The notes: generated by a model from the sequence alone, not told the origin. A stretch of 62,773 nt of DNA, filler included, from Sanchytrium tribonematis (GCA_018985235.1; 18 parts of 18 records of this genome joined end to end with filler, not necessarily neighbours in it), one strand, 5' to 3'. Shown: positions 10,749-21,933, numbered from the whole stretch's first letter. Numbers and translations are program-made.

Positions 10749-11654
10749 TTAAAAACTTCCACTATATTTCTCAACGTAAGAATAGCTACCCTTGCTGGAA
10801 ACGAGTTGTCTACTGCAATATCCAGTTTCGTTTTTATCTTGAATCAAACAAAATTTGTTGTCAAATGAGCAATTCATACTTTTACCATCCTTGTTTTTAC
10901 CACATGGAAAACAATAGCTATAATCTTCATTGCATAAATCTTCCATTGTTTTGGTTGTTGGAAGTGGTTTACATGTCCCACTTGTTTTTCCATCTTCAAT
11001 CTTGCAATGAGGTGCTTCAAATGGGCACGCAATCTTGTTTGGGTTCTTTACAGCAGAGGCGTCCCCTTGGTGAGAGATTAATGTGTCATGATCTTGTTGA
11101 TCCACTCCACAAGCAATTGGACATAATTCAGGATTGCTGTATTGACCGCATTGATCCTTTACAGCTAGTGCCGCTCTACATTGTGTCAGTATTTGAACAA
11201 TTCTATCACCCAGTTGTACATTAGATTGCGTAATGCAATTTGGTTTGTAAAGTGGACAATAAATGGGACCACCATTGTATTTCCCATATTGTCTTACATA
11301 TTCCACACTTGGTCCATTATAATCTATGTCTGTAAAGTCAGGGATTTGGTTGTTCCATGGCTTGCATTTGTGACTTTTCAAATCACAGTAATTTCCTTTT
11401 CCGCAAAATCGTTTAATACCATTCTGATCTCCACAGGTGCCATCATCTTGACAATCTCCTTTACTTGCACGTGGTTGGCATCTTGTTTTATACCACTCAT
11501 TGGTTCTACAATGTCCCCATAAACTACAATATCCCTCACAAATAGTATTGTTGTTTTGCCATCCACACAATGCACCATTTTCTTTAGCAACAGGAATGTT
11601 TTCAATTTCAGGTACAAAGCTTGAAAATGCTAGAGCAGAAAGAACAGGAATTAT
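10749..11654 (-). CDS. Cys-rich secreted protein with an N-terminal CBM18-like module; no ATG at the apparent leader
   Basis: CGWQNNNTICEGYCSLWGHC..CQP..GDC and many Cys repeats; upstream frame gives IIPVLSALAFSS. Confidence 0.6.
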   Translation of the reverse strand: MIPVLSALAFSSFVPEIENIPVAKENGALCGWQNNNTICEGYCSLWGHCRTNEWYKTRCQPRASKGDCQDDGTCGDQNGIKRFCGKGNYCDLKSHKCKPWNNQIPDFTDIDYNGPSVEYVRQYGKYNGGPIYCPLYKPNCITQSNVQLGDRIVQILTQCRAALAVKDQCGQYSNPELCPIACGVDQQDHDTLISHQGDASAVKNPNKIACPFEAPHCKIEDGKTSGTCKPLPTTKTMEDLCNEDYSYCFPCGKNKDGKSMNCSFDNKFCLIQDKNETGYCSRQLVSSKGSYSYVEKYSGSF

Positions 11655-12118
11655 ATCTCAGGGGGACTGTTCCAATTATCAATTGGATGCGAAATATTAC
11701 ATTTCATTTGATTGGTTGTGACATTATAAATTAAAATTTTGAGTGGTACAAGTACGGGCATTCAAATTCGTATGAAAAAGTCGGTGAAATATGCTACGAC
11801 GATACTCCTCAAAACAAATTCAAAAATATTCCAATCGCTATTTTGTAGACGCGCTTCTTTAAAAAGTATTGAAAAGGATACTACAATGTATAATTTTAGT
11901 TATAGGGCAGCAATGACTTTGATTTGGCTCATATGTGAATTACATCAAGTGAATATTCAAAATAACCATTTAAGAGACCCCAAATGACACAGGTGTTTAC
12001 CTGACTTTGATTGGATATCATATCCTTGACAATTTTGCAGAGAATCTGTTTCTAGACCTAACACGCAAATTCATTGGTTGTTGAAATTATAAATAGAAAT
12101 GTACCTCTGTTGATCACG

Positions 12119-12811
12119 ATGATCTACTTTTTAACCTTAATCACTTCAAAATCTGTCCCAACCCAAACAGATCTTAATGGGTATTCGATTGTAGGAGCAA
12201 ATCAAAGATGCGGATTTGAATTCAAAGCCAAATGCGGTGATAATTTGTGCTGCAGTTCTTATGGCTACTGTGGATCCAAACCAGAATATTGTTCTACAGG
12301 GTGCAAATACATGTATGGCAGATGCAATGAAAGTCCATTAAAACCATCTCTTAACAATGAATTTTGTGGCAAAAGTGGAAATGGTGCCAAATGTGCTGCC
12401 AATTTGTGTTGTAGTCAATACGACTATTGCGGATCTACTGCACAACATTGTGGGACTGGATGCCAATCTGCATTCGGTCATTGCATTGGATCAAACACCC
12501 CTATTAATCCAGTCACGCCGATTCCAAATATTCCAAAAACAACAGGCGCCACGACATGGGAACGACAAGGTGATCCAGCTACGAGATGCTTAAATCCCAG
12601 TCATGTCGCACTCACATTTGATGATGGTCCACATCCTACGATTACGCCTCAAGTCATCCAATTGGCTCAAATTCATAAAATTCCAATTTCATTTTTTGAA
12701 GTGGGTAAAAATGTGACATTATACCCAGAAATCACAAAAGCAGTAGATCAAGCTGGATTTGTGATTGGAGATCACACTTATACGCATAATAGCGCACTCA
12801 ATGATGGATGA
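12119..12811 (+). CDS. Chitin/polysaccharide deacetylase (CE4) with two CBM18 domains; 3' end incomplete or frameshifted near the contig end
   Basis: Two CCSxYxYCG modules, VALTFDDGP, HTYTH. Confidence 0.85.
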   Translation: MIYFLTLITSKSVPTQTDLNGYSIVGANQRCGFEFKAKCGDNLCCSSYGYCGSKPEYCSTGCKYMYGRCNESPLKPSLNNEFCGKSGNGAKCAANLCCSQYDYCGSTAQHCGTGCQSAFGHCIGSNTPINPVTPIPNIPKTTGATTWERQGDPATRCLNPSHVALTFDDGPHPTITPQVIQLAQIHKIPISFFEVGKNVTLYPEITKAVDQAGFVIGDHTYTHNSALNDG

Positions 12812-12941
12812 CTTGTCTAATTCAGACACTATGTCAATNNNNNNNNNNNNNNNNNNNNNNNNNNNNNNNNNNNNNNNNNNNNTTAATTAATTAANNNNNN
12901 NNNNNNNNNNNNNNNNNNNNNNNNNNNNNNNNNNNNNNATT

Positions 12942-14303
12942 GTGACCAATGAAATACGTGATTTACCAGATCAATTGACGAGTTTGACCATTCATGGTGG
13001 ATTGAATCAATCCATGTTTGATTTACCATCTAAATTGATGAGTATTAACTTGAAAAACAATAAATTGAGTGGATCCATTGGGAAATGGCCAATTGGGTTA
13101 AATACGATTTATTTGAGCAATAATGTGTTAAATGGAACATTGCCAGTATTACCAAGCACATTAAATCAAATAGATGTGAGTCATAACCAATTTAATGGCA
13201 AATTTCCTACATTTCCAAGAAATCTCATGTTTGCATTTATTGGATTTAATCAATTTAGAGGTGATTTGCCATCTATTTCACCATTTATGATTCATTTACA
13301 AGCTAGTAACAATCAATTTAGTGGTTCTATTCCATCACTTGCTTCATTAATGTTTATTGATTTGAGTCATAATGAATTTAATGGAAACATTCCAAATATC
13401 CCATTTTTTACAAGTCATGTCATTTTAAACAACAATTTATTCAGTGGTGTATTACCCGATATGCCATTTGTCACTGTGTTAGATGCCAGTTACAATTTAT
13501 TAAATGGTGCCATTTCCAATTTACCAAATTCCATTTCCTCTTTGAATTTACATCACAATCAATTTAGTGGTGAATTTGCCACAATCCCATCTGAATTGAC
13601 ATTGTTTAATGTAGAATACAATCAATTTAATGGTGTATTACCCCCATTTCCAAAATTAGCCACTCATATAGCCATTTCCAATAATCAATTTAGTGGTATT
13701 TTACATGTGAATCACCCTATTTATTTAAATGCATCTTATAATCTATTAAGTGATGTTGTGATTTGCAACACAACGTATTTAAATGCATGTGATTTGAGTG
13801 ATAATTTGAATTTATTAAATTGTACTGATTTCAAATTCAATAATGCCTCTAATTCTACTGATTATTGCACTTTAATCAATCAAGAACCACCTATTGATGT
13901 CCCATATATTGATATTCCTAGTGAAATGACTGAATCTACTGATTTCCAACTCATTTTATCGACCACAACTTATAAAATACCCACTAGAATCTTTAAATCT
14001 CCAAAATCAACCACATTATCCACCATTTCATCAACAAGTGACTATATTGACTCGTATACATCATTATCCACTGATCTATTATTGGAAATATCCACTGATT
14101 TCAATACAGATATCAATAATACACTCAATTCAAATCCAGTTTCACTTCCAAATTTCCAATTTATATTGAGATTGGTTATGAGTGCCATGTTGATTGGAAT
14201 TGTGATATCTAGAATGCGATTTAAAAGAGAACATTCCAAGACGAATACGGGGATGAGTTTTCAAACTACTGAATCTGAGAAGAAAGAAATATCATTTATT
14301 TGA
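12942..14303 (+). CDS. LRR receptor-like membrane protein (LRRs, Ser/Thr stalk, single TM, short tail), 5' partial
   Basis: Repeated LxxxxLSxNQFxGxLP units of about 21 aa; TM FILRLVMSAMLIGIVI. Confidence 0.85.
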   Translation: MTNEIRDLPDQLTSLTIHGGLNQSMFDLPSKLMSINLKNNKLSGSIGKWPIGLNTIYLSNNVLNGTLPVLPSTLNQIDVSHNQFNGKFPTFPRNLMFAFIGFNQFRGDLPSISPFMIHLQASNNQFSGSIPSLASLMFIDLSHNEFNGNIPNIPFFTSHVILNNNLFSGVLPDMPFVTVLDASYNLLNGAISNLPNSISSLNLHHNQFSGEFATIPSELTLFNVEYNQFNGVLPPFPKLATHIAISNNQFSGILHVNHPIYLNASYNLLSDVVICNTTYLNACDLSDNLNLLNCTDFKFNNASNSTDYCTLINQEPPIDVPYIDIPSEMTESTDFQLILSTTTYKIPTRIFKSPKSTTLSTISSTSDYIDSYTSLSTDLLLEISTDFNTDINNTLNSNPVSLPNFQFILRLVMSAMLIGIVISRMRFKREHSKTNTGMSFQTTESEKKEISFI

Positions 14304-14317
14304 GTAAATTTATTTGA

Positions 14318-15208
14318 TTAAATGTATTTTTTAATAATTTCAAGTTGTTTCAACAATTTGTCATTGACTTCTAGTGATTTGGCAGGATACTTGCTGTAAA
14401 AGACTTCTATTTCGCTATAAATCCCTTTTAGAACATTTTTTCTCATGTGTGCTAATCCTCCTTTTTGCTTTACTTGTTCAAAAATTGGGCGTAACATATT
14501 ATTCATTGCTGATGTCAATTTTCGATTAAATGACTTATTGACATTCAGAAGATAAAAAATAAATGCTTCAGCTTTGTCTTTTTCATCATAGTATTGATAC
14601 AAATAAGTTTCACAGCCAACTAGATCATAGACAATTGAATGGTGTAAATCCAATGGCAAATTATCAATGTCTTCCTCGTCAACTTGAGGAATCTGATTTT
14701 CAAAAGTCAATGATTTACCGACTAATTGAGCTCTACTCCAATAAATATTACTTGAAATTAAAGATTTGGAGAAGGTGACTTTTAAAAGTAGCTTCTTAAA
14801 TCTAATAGTACCCTTACTATCCCAAAAATTACTTGGAATAAATTTGTTAATCAATTCAATATAAGAATTTAAACAATTTTTTAAAACACTTAGTGGCAAC
14901 CGAAATAACTCCTGCTCTGTTATGATTGGTACCTTATGATCCACATCTAATCGTTTTCGAAATAATTTATAATATGGTCCTCTTAATACATCATTAGCTT
15001 CGTTTACTAGCGAATCCGCATCTGGGTTGATTTCGTGATGCACCCTAGCGTAAAATCGAGAATTCTCAAAGGTGACAACTTGGGTTCCGTCCTTGGTACC
15101 TGGGAGAAGATCGCGCACCGATTCCGGTAGACTAGAGGTAGGAATCTTGCCAGTAGGTTTATTGAAAGTCGGAATGGCGATTACCAATACAACGAAAAAT
15201 GACAACAT
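14318..15208 (-). CDS. Secreted protein of unknown function
   Basis: Leader MLSFFVVLVIA; long ORF. Confidence 0.55.
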   Translation of the reverse strand: MLSFFVVLVIAIPTFNKPTGKIPTSSLPESVRDLLPGTKDGTQVVTFENSRFYARVHHEINPDADSLVNEANDVLRGPYYKLFRKRLDVDHKVPIITEQELFRLPLSVLKNCLNSYIELINKFIPSNFWDSKGTIRFKKLLLKVTFSKSLISSNIYWSRAQLVGKSLTFENQIPQVDEEDIDNLPLDLHHSIVYDLVGCETYLYQYYDEKDKAEAFIFYLLNVNKSFNRKLTSAMNNMLRPIFEQVKQKGGLAHMRKNVLKGIYSEIEVFYSKYPAKSLEVNDKLLKQLEIIKKYI

Positions 15209-15517
15209 GTATGAAGGAGTAATATGGAGTAAACATACCATCGTACAATAATTATACATGGGTGAATAATTTTCAAAAATCAATGCGAAACACAGTGATA
15301 GTTACTATAAGAAAATCGGTCAGATATTGACGGAGATATTAAACAAAACATCTTTATCCAATCACATTTCATCCTTCTATTCACCAATCATCTCTCAAAA
15401 AAACCCATGATCCAATCNNNNNNNNNNNNNNNNNNNNNNNNNNNNNNNNNNNNNNNNNNNNTTAATTAATTAANNNNNNNNNNNNNNNNNNNNNNNNNNN
15501 NNNNNNNNNNNNNNNNN

Positions 15518-15848
15518 TCTGAAATCATGAATTGCGTAGGTTGTGAAAAGTGTAGGCTATGGTAAATTATAATAATTAAGGGGCAAGGTACAAGTTGGTG
15601 GTGTCGCTACAGCTTTTAAAGTACTGGCTAGCAATCAGCCACTACAGAGACAAGAATTAGTGTATTTTGTTAATGCGTTGAATAGGTTGAGTGAAAGCTT
15701 GAAAATGTTGGACTTTTTCGAAAGAAAAACAAAGTCGAAGTCCAAATTTATATATATAAATGATAACTATCATGGTCTGGAATCAACAGAAACAACCTCG
15801 AAAAAAATTCCTGGATCTAAGCAAGAGCAGAAAAATGATGAACTTTGA
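15518..15848 (+). CDS. ERO1: ER oxidoreductin Ero1, C-terminal part (intron 15562-15580)
   Basis: Spliced product IMNCVGCEKCRLWGKVQ..G.ATAFKVL...RQELV...NALNRLSES. Confidence 0.9.
15562..15580 (+). other. 19-nt spliceosomal intron GTAAATTATAATAATTAAG
   Basis: Removal restores CRLWGK of Ero1 and the reading frame. Confidence 0.9.
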
Positions 15849-15878
15849 ATAAATAGTTGTCGTTTTCCATACAAGGAG

Positions 15879-17127
15879 ATGACCAACGATCAAAAAATTG
15901 TTGAACAAAAGGATGAAGTCGTGATCCCATCATATTCTGTTTGGTTCCAATTTGAGAGTGTAAATGATATTGAAATGAAAGCACTTCCTGAATTTTTTAA
16001 CGAAACAAGCAAATCAAAAACTGAAATTACTTATAAAACGTATCGGGATTTTATGATCAACACATATAGACTGAATCCTACTGAATACTTAACATTCACG
16101 GCATGCAGAAGAAATCTTCACGGAGATGTCTGTGCTATATTAAGAGTCCATGCATTTCTAGAACAATGGGGATTGATAAATTATCAAACGGAAGGCAAAC
16201 CTTCTAAGGTACTTAATATTCACTTAGATTTCGCCACCATTTACTGGGCATTTCAAAGTTAGCGTAGACACTCCTAAAGGCATCCAACCATTCTTGCCAT
16301 CAATTATGAATGTATACGACCACGCAAAAGAAAATATGAATGTTCCAGAATTAAATCAACAAAATCCGAGTGGGACGTTTGATCTTAAAATGAATGCAGA
16401 TATCGATGCTGAAATGAAAGAGCAACCAATTAAAGATTTTGCAACTGGAGAAGAGACCAATATCAGAGGTTTTCATCCAAATCCAACAGTAGGAGTCACA
16501 GAGGAAAATTTACTACAAGGACGATTTTCAAATACCATGTCCTCCCAGGATTTTATCAAGTTTACCAAATTCAATGAATGGAGCGACCAAGACACTTTTA
16601 AATTACTAGAGGGAGTTCAAATGTATGAAAACGATTGGGATGCAATAAGCAATCATGTTGGAAAAGACAGAGATGAGTGTATTTTAAGATATTTGGATCT
16701 GCCAAGTGGTAAATCTACTGAAGAATCATCTACAGTAGGTACAACCCCCGATCATCCAATATTGTCATTGGTTTCCTTTTTATCTTCTAAAGTAGATTCC
16801 AAAGCTGCTAAAGCAGCTGCAAATGCTGCCAGAGAAGTCACCGATTCTGATTCTCAAATATTGGGAAGCACAGCTCTTGCCTTGGTATCACTTCACGCTA
16901 AGAAAGAATCAGAGAAAAGCAAAGACCGCCTTGCATCTCTGACGGTGCAATACGTAGATTTGCTCTGTCAAAGGGTAGAGCAGAAACTTAGTTTATTAGA
17001 TTCTCTGCAACAGCAAATGACAACCGAGAGGAGAAGCATGATGAAAACATTTACTACTGTACTCAAAGACAAGCTCATGAATGTTGATCACGATGATGTT
17101 GAAATGGGCGAAGCTGTTAATTTATAA
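15879..17127 (+). CDS. SWI3: SWI/SNF-RSC subunit Swi3/Rsc8/SMARCC (SWIRM, SANT), intron 16209-16227, about 409 aa
   Basis: [44 protein letters not shown]; spliced [32 protein letters not shown]. Confidence 0.9.
16209..16227 (+). other. 19-nt spliceosomal intron GTACTTAATATTCACTTAG
   Basis: Removal joins two ORFs and restores the PPFTGHF..DTP motif. Confidence 0.9.
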
Positions 17128-17943
17128 ATCTGGTTTCCGAATTTTTTTTCGATTCATCATTTTTTGCCACACGCTTGATTTGTCACTTTCAACTACAAGT
17201 GGCAATGAGTGCATGCTCGCTTCTGTCTTTAAAATCTCCACAACATCGCTTTTGTGATCCAGTTGAGTTTGTGAATCCTTCTTTTTTATGTTATTGTATA
17301 AAAATACTCTTTCCTCGCATTGCAATTTCACAAGATGGGTTAGTCGTTGAATTTCAATTCTGTCTAGCGAGTTTGTCATACTCTGATTTTCAACAACGGG
17401 TTCGAACCAAAGTTTTGTAGTCAATTCTTTTAAAGTCTCAATCTGTTTAAAATAATTCTTAAAATTTGGAATCAAAGGTGCTTCAATGGTAATATACCTC
17501 TGAACGGTCTCGTTGTTTGAGAGTATTATACAAGAAATTGTCGAGAGATGAGATTTTTGGTTTGTTAAGGCGAGTTTGGCGAATCTGTAAAATGTTAAAA
17601 ATTTAGTCCGGCATGGTTCAACATCTGGGGGGGTGAGACTTTTGATAGGCAACATGGATATCGGCAGATATTTTTTCGAACGATAATCCTCAGTTATAGT
17701 AGCAACGGTTGCAATCAATTTCAAGTTTGTCGTAAAGATTTTGCATTCTTTCAATGATGCTTGCGTTTGTGAATGTTGAAAGACAATTGTTTTCGTCGTG
17801 GTGGAGTTGTGACGCACCGTAGAGGGCTTCCAATCTGTCATAGACTGTGTATTATTAAATTCCAAGACACACTGACAACCTTCAGATATAAGTCTCGGCT
17901 TAATTTTCAGTATTTGAAACGATTTATACAACGAATAAATCAA
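17122..17943 (-). CDS. Hypothetical protein, probably 5' partial
   Basis: 273-codon ORF; no motif recognised. Confidence 0.45.
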   Translation of the reverse strand: MIYSLYKSFQILKIKPRLISEGCQCVLEFNNTQSMTDWKPSTVRHNSTTTKTIVFQHSQTQASLKECKIFTTNLKLIATVATITEDYRSKKYLPISMLPIKSLTPPDVEPCRTKFLTFYRFAKLALTNQKSHLSTISCIILSNNETVQRYITIEAPLIPNFKNYFKQIETLKELTTKLWFEPVVENQSMTNSLDRIEIQRLTHLVKLQCEERVFLYNNIKKKDSQTQLDHKSDVVEILKTEASMHSLPLVVESDKSSVWQKMMNRKKIRKPDL

Positions 17944-19061
17944 CAGCTTGAAATTGAATAATCGGTAACTAGTATTTTTCTTTGGATTTGTAATNNNNNN
18001 NNNNNNNNNNNNNNNNNNNNNNNNNNNNNNNNNNNNNNTTAATTAATTAANNNNNNNNNNNNNNNNNNNNNNNNNNNNNNNNNNNNNNNNNNNNATTGAC
18101 TGTAAAAATTGATAATGATGATGTTAAGGTGAATTACTGTTTATGGCATGAAATCTAATAAATGCGTTAAACTTTTATCTGCCAAATTAAACGCAAATGA
18201 GAAAAGTTTAGCGGAGCCAGTCCTTGGTACTCCAGCCAAGTATCTTTAAAAGTGATTTATTGTCATAGTGCATGTAAATGTTTGAACTGGTTTTAATTGT
18301 GGCAATTGCCTTCGCATCAAGTCCCAGGGTGGACTTGGAAAAGTAGACCAAAGAACCTTTTCGATTCCCCCGGGGAATTGAATGGCAACAGACAAATTAC
18401 AAACAAAACATTGCAGAAGTTACTATTGAAAGAATTAAGGGTGATGGAATGAAGATAAAATTTAATTATGAAATGATAAAAAAATGCGTGGAAAACCAAG
18501 AAATGTGTTAAATTAGACATCATTTTGATAAAAGATGATTGAATTATCAAATACCAATAAAAGATGAGTCACGTAATTATTATTTGGAAATGAATTGCTT
18601 ATTTGGGAGAATTGTTCAGCATATGGAGCTTTTAGGACAAAAATATTTTGAGTGAATATTCAGCCAAAAAAATTAAAGGCTTGTATGTTCCAAAAGGTGC
18701 AATTGGAAATTTTCAATTAGAAGATGTGGATGTTATTTCCAAATTTCGATTATTCTATTTGAAAATCACAGAGCAATTTTTAACAGAACTCAAAACAATT
18801 AGTCCAAACCATGTGTCCTGTGTCTCACCCCTGTGATATTTGATTGACAACGAGTGAAGACAAAAAAAGTTGAGCAGAATCATTTTTTGTAACAATGAAA
18901 TGAAGCCTACAGCTATTGTATCTAACTTAGATCAAGTTAAAAGCTATTTGAAGAGATATTGATTTGCTAAATAGTTGCAAAAGCTTACTGTGATAAGAAA
19001 AGGATTTATTAAAGGAAGAGAGGCTTTTAAAATTAAAAATTAAGTTGAAAAATACCCAAAA

Positions 19062-19304
19062 ATGTCAATGCGACCACGATTAAAAGCTTTGAAAGCAAAA
19101 TATTCTAGCATACTTTGACTCGACATTTTATTAAACAGGGTTTCGCAACGCATAATCCCAGGTTCAGTGGGCGAATTGTAAGATATTTTCCTAAAGGAAA
19201 GGGAAAAACTTAGTCAAGAAACGTTAAATAGATTAGCAGATTTACTTGAAGGACGATTGGAAAAGGTAATTGAGTTCCGATACATGAATTTGATGAAAAT
19301 TTGA
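19062..19304 (+). pseudogene. Possible decayed Tc1/mariner transposase C-terminus
   Basis: PGSVGEL*DIFLKEREKLSQETLNRLADLLEGRLEKVI resembles the Tc1 tail; in-frame stops. Confidence 0.3.
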
Positions 19305-19305
19305 A

Positions 19306-19730
19306 TTATTTTCGTTTTTGTCGTTTCGAATCTTTAGTTTCTTCGGCTTCTAATTTGTGTTTCAAATCATTGTCATCCAAAATTTCACTTTCTTCAGTCA
19401 TTTCGGCTGGATGTTCGCGAACTGGAAGGCAAATTGAATGCAAGTTTTTGGAATTTGCAGTTTTTTCTTGGCCATCTTTTGAAAAATATTCTGTTTGATA
19501 AAATTGTCCATTTACTACCACGCATGATCCTTTCTTCAAAGTTTTTTTAAATGATCTGCTCGTCCTTCCTATATCGTTACACAATAAAAAGAGACATGGT
19601 TTTTTCTACCAATATAGTTGTTACTTGCAATGCTCAGTTCAGTTACTTTTTTCTCTCCCTTGATTGTTTTAACTCTTTTTTCAATTGGATCTTCAGTGAG
19701 TCGGCCATTGATAGTGATGAAGCTTACCAT
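19306..19730 (-). pseudogene. Bacterial/mitochondrial-type single-stranded DNA-binding protein (SSB) pseudogene
   Basis: ITINGRLTEDP...SIASN...FYCVTI*EGRADHLKK then frameshift to LKKGSCVVVNG...Y.SKDG; TAG sits where SSBs often have Trp. Confidence 0.7.
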
Positions 19731-19921
19731 TTGTAAAGTTGTAGTCTTAATGTTAAATATCCAAAAATCCTTGCACAAAACTATTGTATTAGTTTCTACC
19801 CAATCATCTATTATTGCACAAATATACAATGCGGTACTTTATTGAGCCAAGTAAATTTGTCGATAGCTATTGGCTCTCTTTGAATTTTGATTTATTTAGA
19901 CTTGTGTAGGTTATCATTTTA

Positions 19922-20569
19922 ATGAGTTTGCAAAATTTACCTGATGAAATACATTTGAAATATTTCCAATATTTGGACGAAGATTCAATATCAAATGTGG
20001 GACAGCTTAACCAAAAACTGAGTCTAATTGTAAAAGATTACAAAAAACCATTGGGCGTTATAGAGTTGCGTTTAAAAGAGTACATTCAAAATGTCGAAAT
20101 GTTCAAAGATTTGCTTCGAAGAACTGACTCTGTTATATCTGATTTTCTAGTTCTGGATACATTGCTGAAAGCTAAATCTCCACATTGTCTTAGTTTGCAT
20201 ATCTATGCTAAGTCTAATGTCGCTTGTTTTTCCTTAATGATGAATTTTTTTGAAAAGGTAGAAGGATACAACTTTGTAGCTCGGGTTCCATCTGAAGATT
20301 CTGATTCTCGCTTCAAACGTTATACCCTTGATAAAATGTTCGGCAAGAAATTTAAATTTTTGCAACTTATTCGGTGTCGCATTGAACCATATTTATTTAT
20401 ACAAACAAACTCTGTTCTTTCATGTCACAAATGCTGGTATGATGGTACTTCTATTGAAATTGTTGATAAAGACTTGATTTTAAAAAAATATGCAATATTT
20501 GATAAGGTAATTTCGGATTTATATGACAGGTGCACACGAGATTTTCTTCAGGATTTTAAGAGTAGAAAC
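19922..20569 (+). CDS. F-box protein, 3' truncated
   Basis: LQNLPDEIHLKYFQYLD..SI.NVGQLNQKL. Confidence 0.75.
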
Positions 20570-20749
20570 NNNNNNNNNNNNNNNNNNNNNNNNNNNNNNN
20601 NNNNNNNNNNNNNTTAATTAATTAANNNNNNNNNNNNNNNNNNNNNNNNNNNNNNNNNNNNNNNNNNNNGACATGACCCAATGTAATTTGGAGTCCATAT
20701 CTCGCTTTCATGCACATGTTGGAGTTTTAGATGTTCGAAAATCATAAAT

Positions 20750-21124
20750 TTATTGCATTTGCTTCAAATAATCTAGTCCGGTCAATGCGGTTCCACCCAA
20801 CAGACATATCTGCCACGTATTATAGCTCGGGTATTTTATTAAAAATGGAGCACTGGCTGCTAGACTGGAAATCATCCAACTTATTGGCCCAATTTCTTCT
20901 TTTAATGCTTCTTGAAATCTAAATATACCATAAGAATAAATCCCAACGGGTATCCCTTTACGTAATCCATGAAAAGTGCTCTTTTGCATGGCATAAAAGT
21001 ATTTTCTGGAATGAAATCTGTACCATTGGTATCTTGTGCCCTTCATTTGAAAACCGTACATAAGTGCGAATTGATTTGCATAATATTTAGAGGTTTGGAC
21101 AGAATAAAGCGTGGAAACCGACAT
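20750..21124 (-). CDS. Small hypothetical membrane protein
   Basis: ATG-started ORF with hydrophobic segments. Confidence 0.45.
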   Translation of the reverse strand: MSVSTLYSVQTSKYYANQFALMYGFQMKGTRYQWYRFHSRKYFYAMQKSTFHGLRKGIPVGIYSYGIFRFQEALKEEIGPISWMISSLAASAPFLIKYPSYNTWQICLLGGTALTGLDYLKQMQ

Positions 21125-21437
21125 CGCAATTAATGTGCTCTACGTTAGTAATTTGTGAATCAGGGTTAAGTCGTTCTACGTCAGACATCAGACGCTACTA
21201 CCTGTCATCCTTTTCGTTGACTTACTGCCGAATTGGAAAAGTCATTTGACATGACTCCAAGTTTTATCCTCTATTTTTAGTACACCCACATAAACACATT
21301 GGGAGAATCTCCTATTTTGCTTTTGGATTTTAACGTGCTGTCGGGTGATGCTTCTATCGTTGACATCATTCCAATATTGAAGCAAGTGATGCAAAGTGAC
21401 ATGATTGCATTTTTCGGTGTTTTGTTTCAACTCCAAT

Positions 21438-21450
21438 TTCACGTGTTTTT
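21438..21450 (+). promoter_or_regulatory. E-box element TTCACGTGTTTTT upstream of RPS11
   Basis: Identical to the element upstream of RPL6. Confidence 0.5.
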
Positions 21451-21483
21451 ATAATCTCCTTTCTGATTTCGTTTTGCCATCAA

Positions 21484-21924
21484 ATGGACCACGCAACTGT
21501 TTACCCTAAACAACATTTATTTCTGCACTCTAAACAACCTAAAAGAAAACAAAGATGGTATAAAAATATCGGATTGGGCTATAAAACACCTGTAGAAGCC
21601 ATTGAAGGTACTTATATTGACCATAAATGTCCATTTACGAGCAATGTGAGTATCCGTGGACGTATTTTAAGTGGTACAGTTGTCTCTACCAAAATGACAC
21701 GCACAGTTGTTTTAAGAAGAGATTATTTGCATTACGTCAAGAAATATAATCGATATGAGAGAAGACATAAGAATTTAAATGCGCATTGTTCTCCTGCATT
21801 TAGAGTCGAAGTCGGTGATTTGGTGACTGTTGGTCAATGTCGTCCATTAAGCAAAACTGTTAGATTTAATGTCATTAAAATTAACAAGAAAGCAGAGGGA
21901 TCTAAACAATTTAAAAAGTTTTAA
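21484..21924 (+). CDS. RPS11: 40S ribosomal protein uS17 (S11)
   Basis: [46 protein letters not shown]. Confidence 0.97.
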   Translation: MDHATVYPKQHLFLHSKQPKRKQRWYKNIGLGYKTPVEAIEGTYIDHKCPFTSNVSIRGRILSGTVVSTKMTRTVVLRRDYLHYVKKYNRYERRHKNLNAHCSPAFRVEVGDLVTVGQCRPLSKTVRFNVIKINKKAEGSKQFKKF

Positions 21925-21933
21925 ATAAAACAA

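Noticed and set aside
12790..12838. Early stop in the chitin deacetylase as true pseudogenisation
   Set aside because: It lies within about 30 nt of a contig end, and an alternative frame continues (MDDLSNSD), so it cannot be told apart from an assembly error
19569..19571. TAG reassignment (alternative genetic code) suggested by the in-frame TAG in SSB
   Set aside because: The same gene is also frameshifted, conserved genes read cleanly in the standard code, and TAA/TAG/TGA all terminate genes
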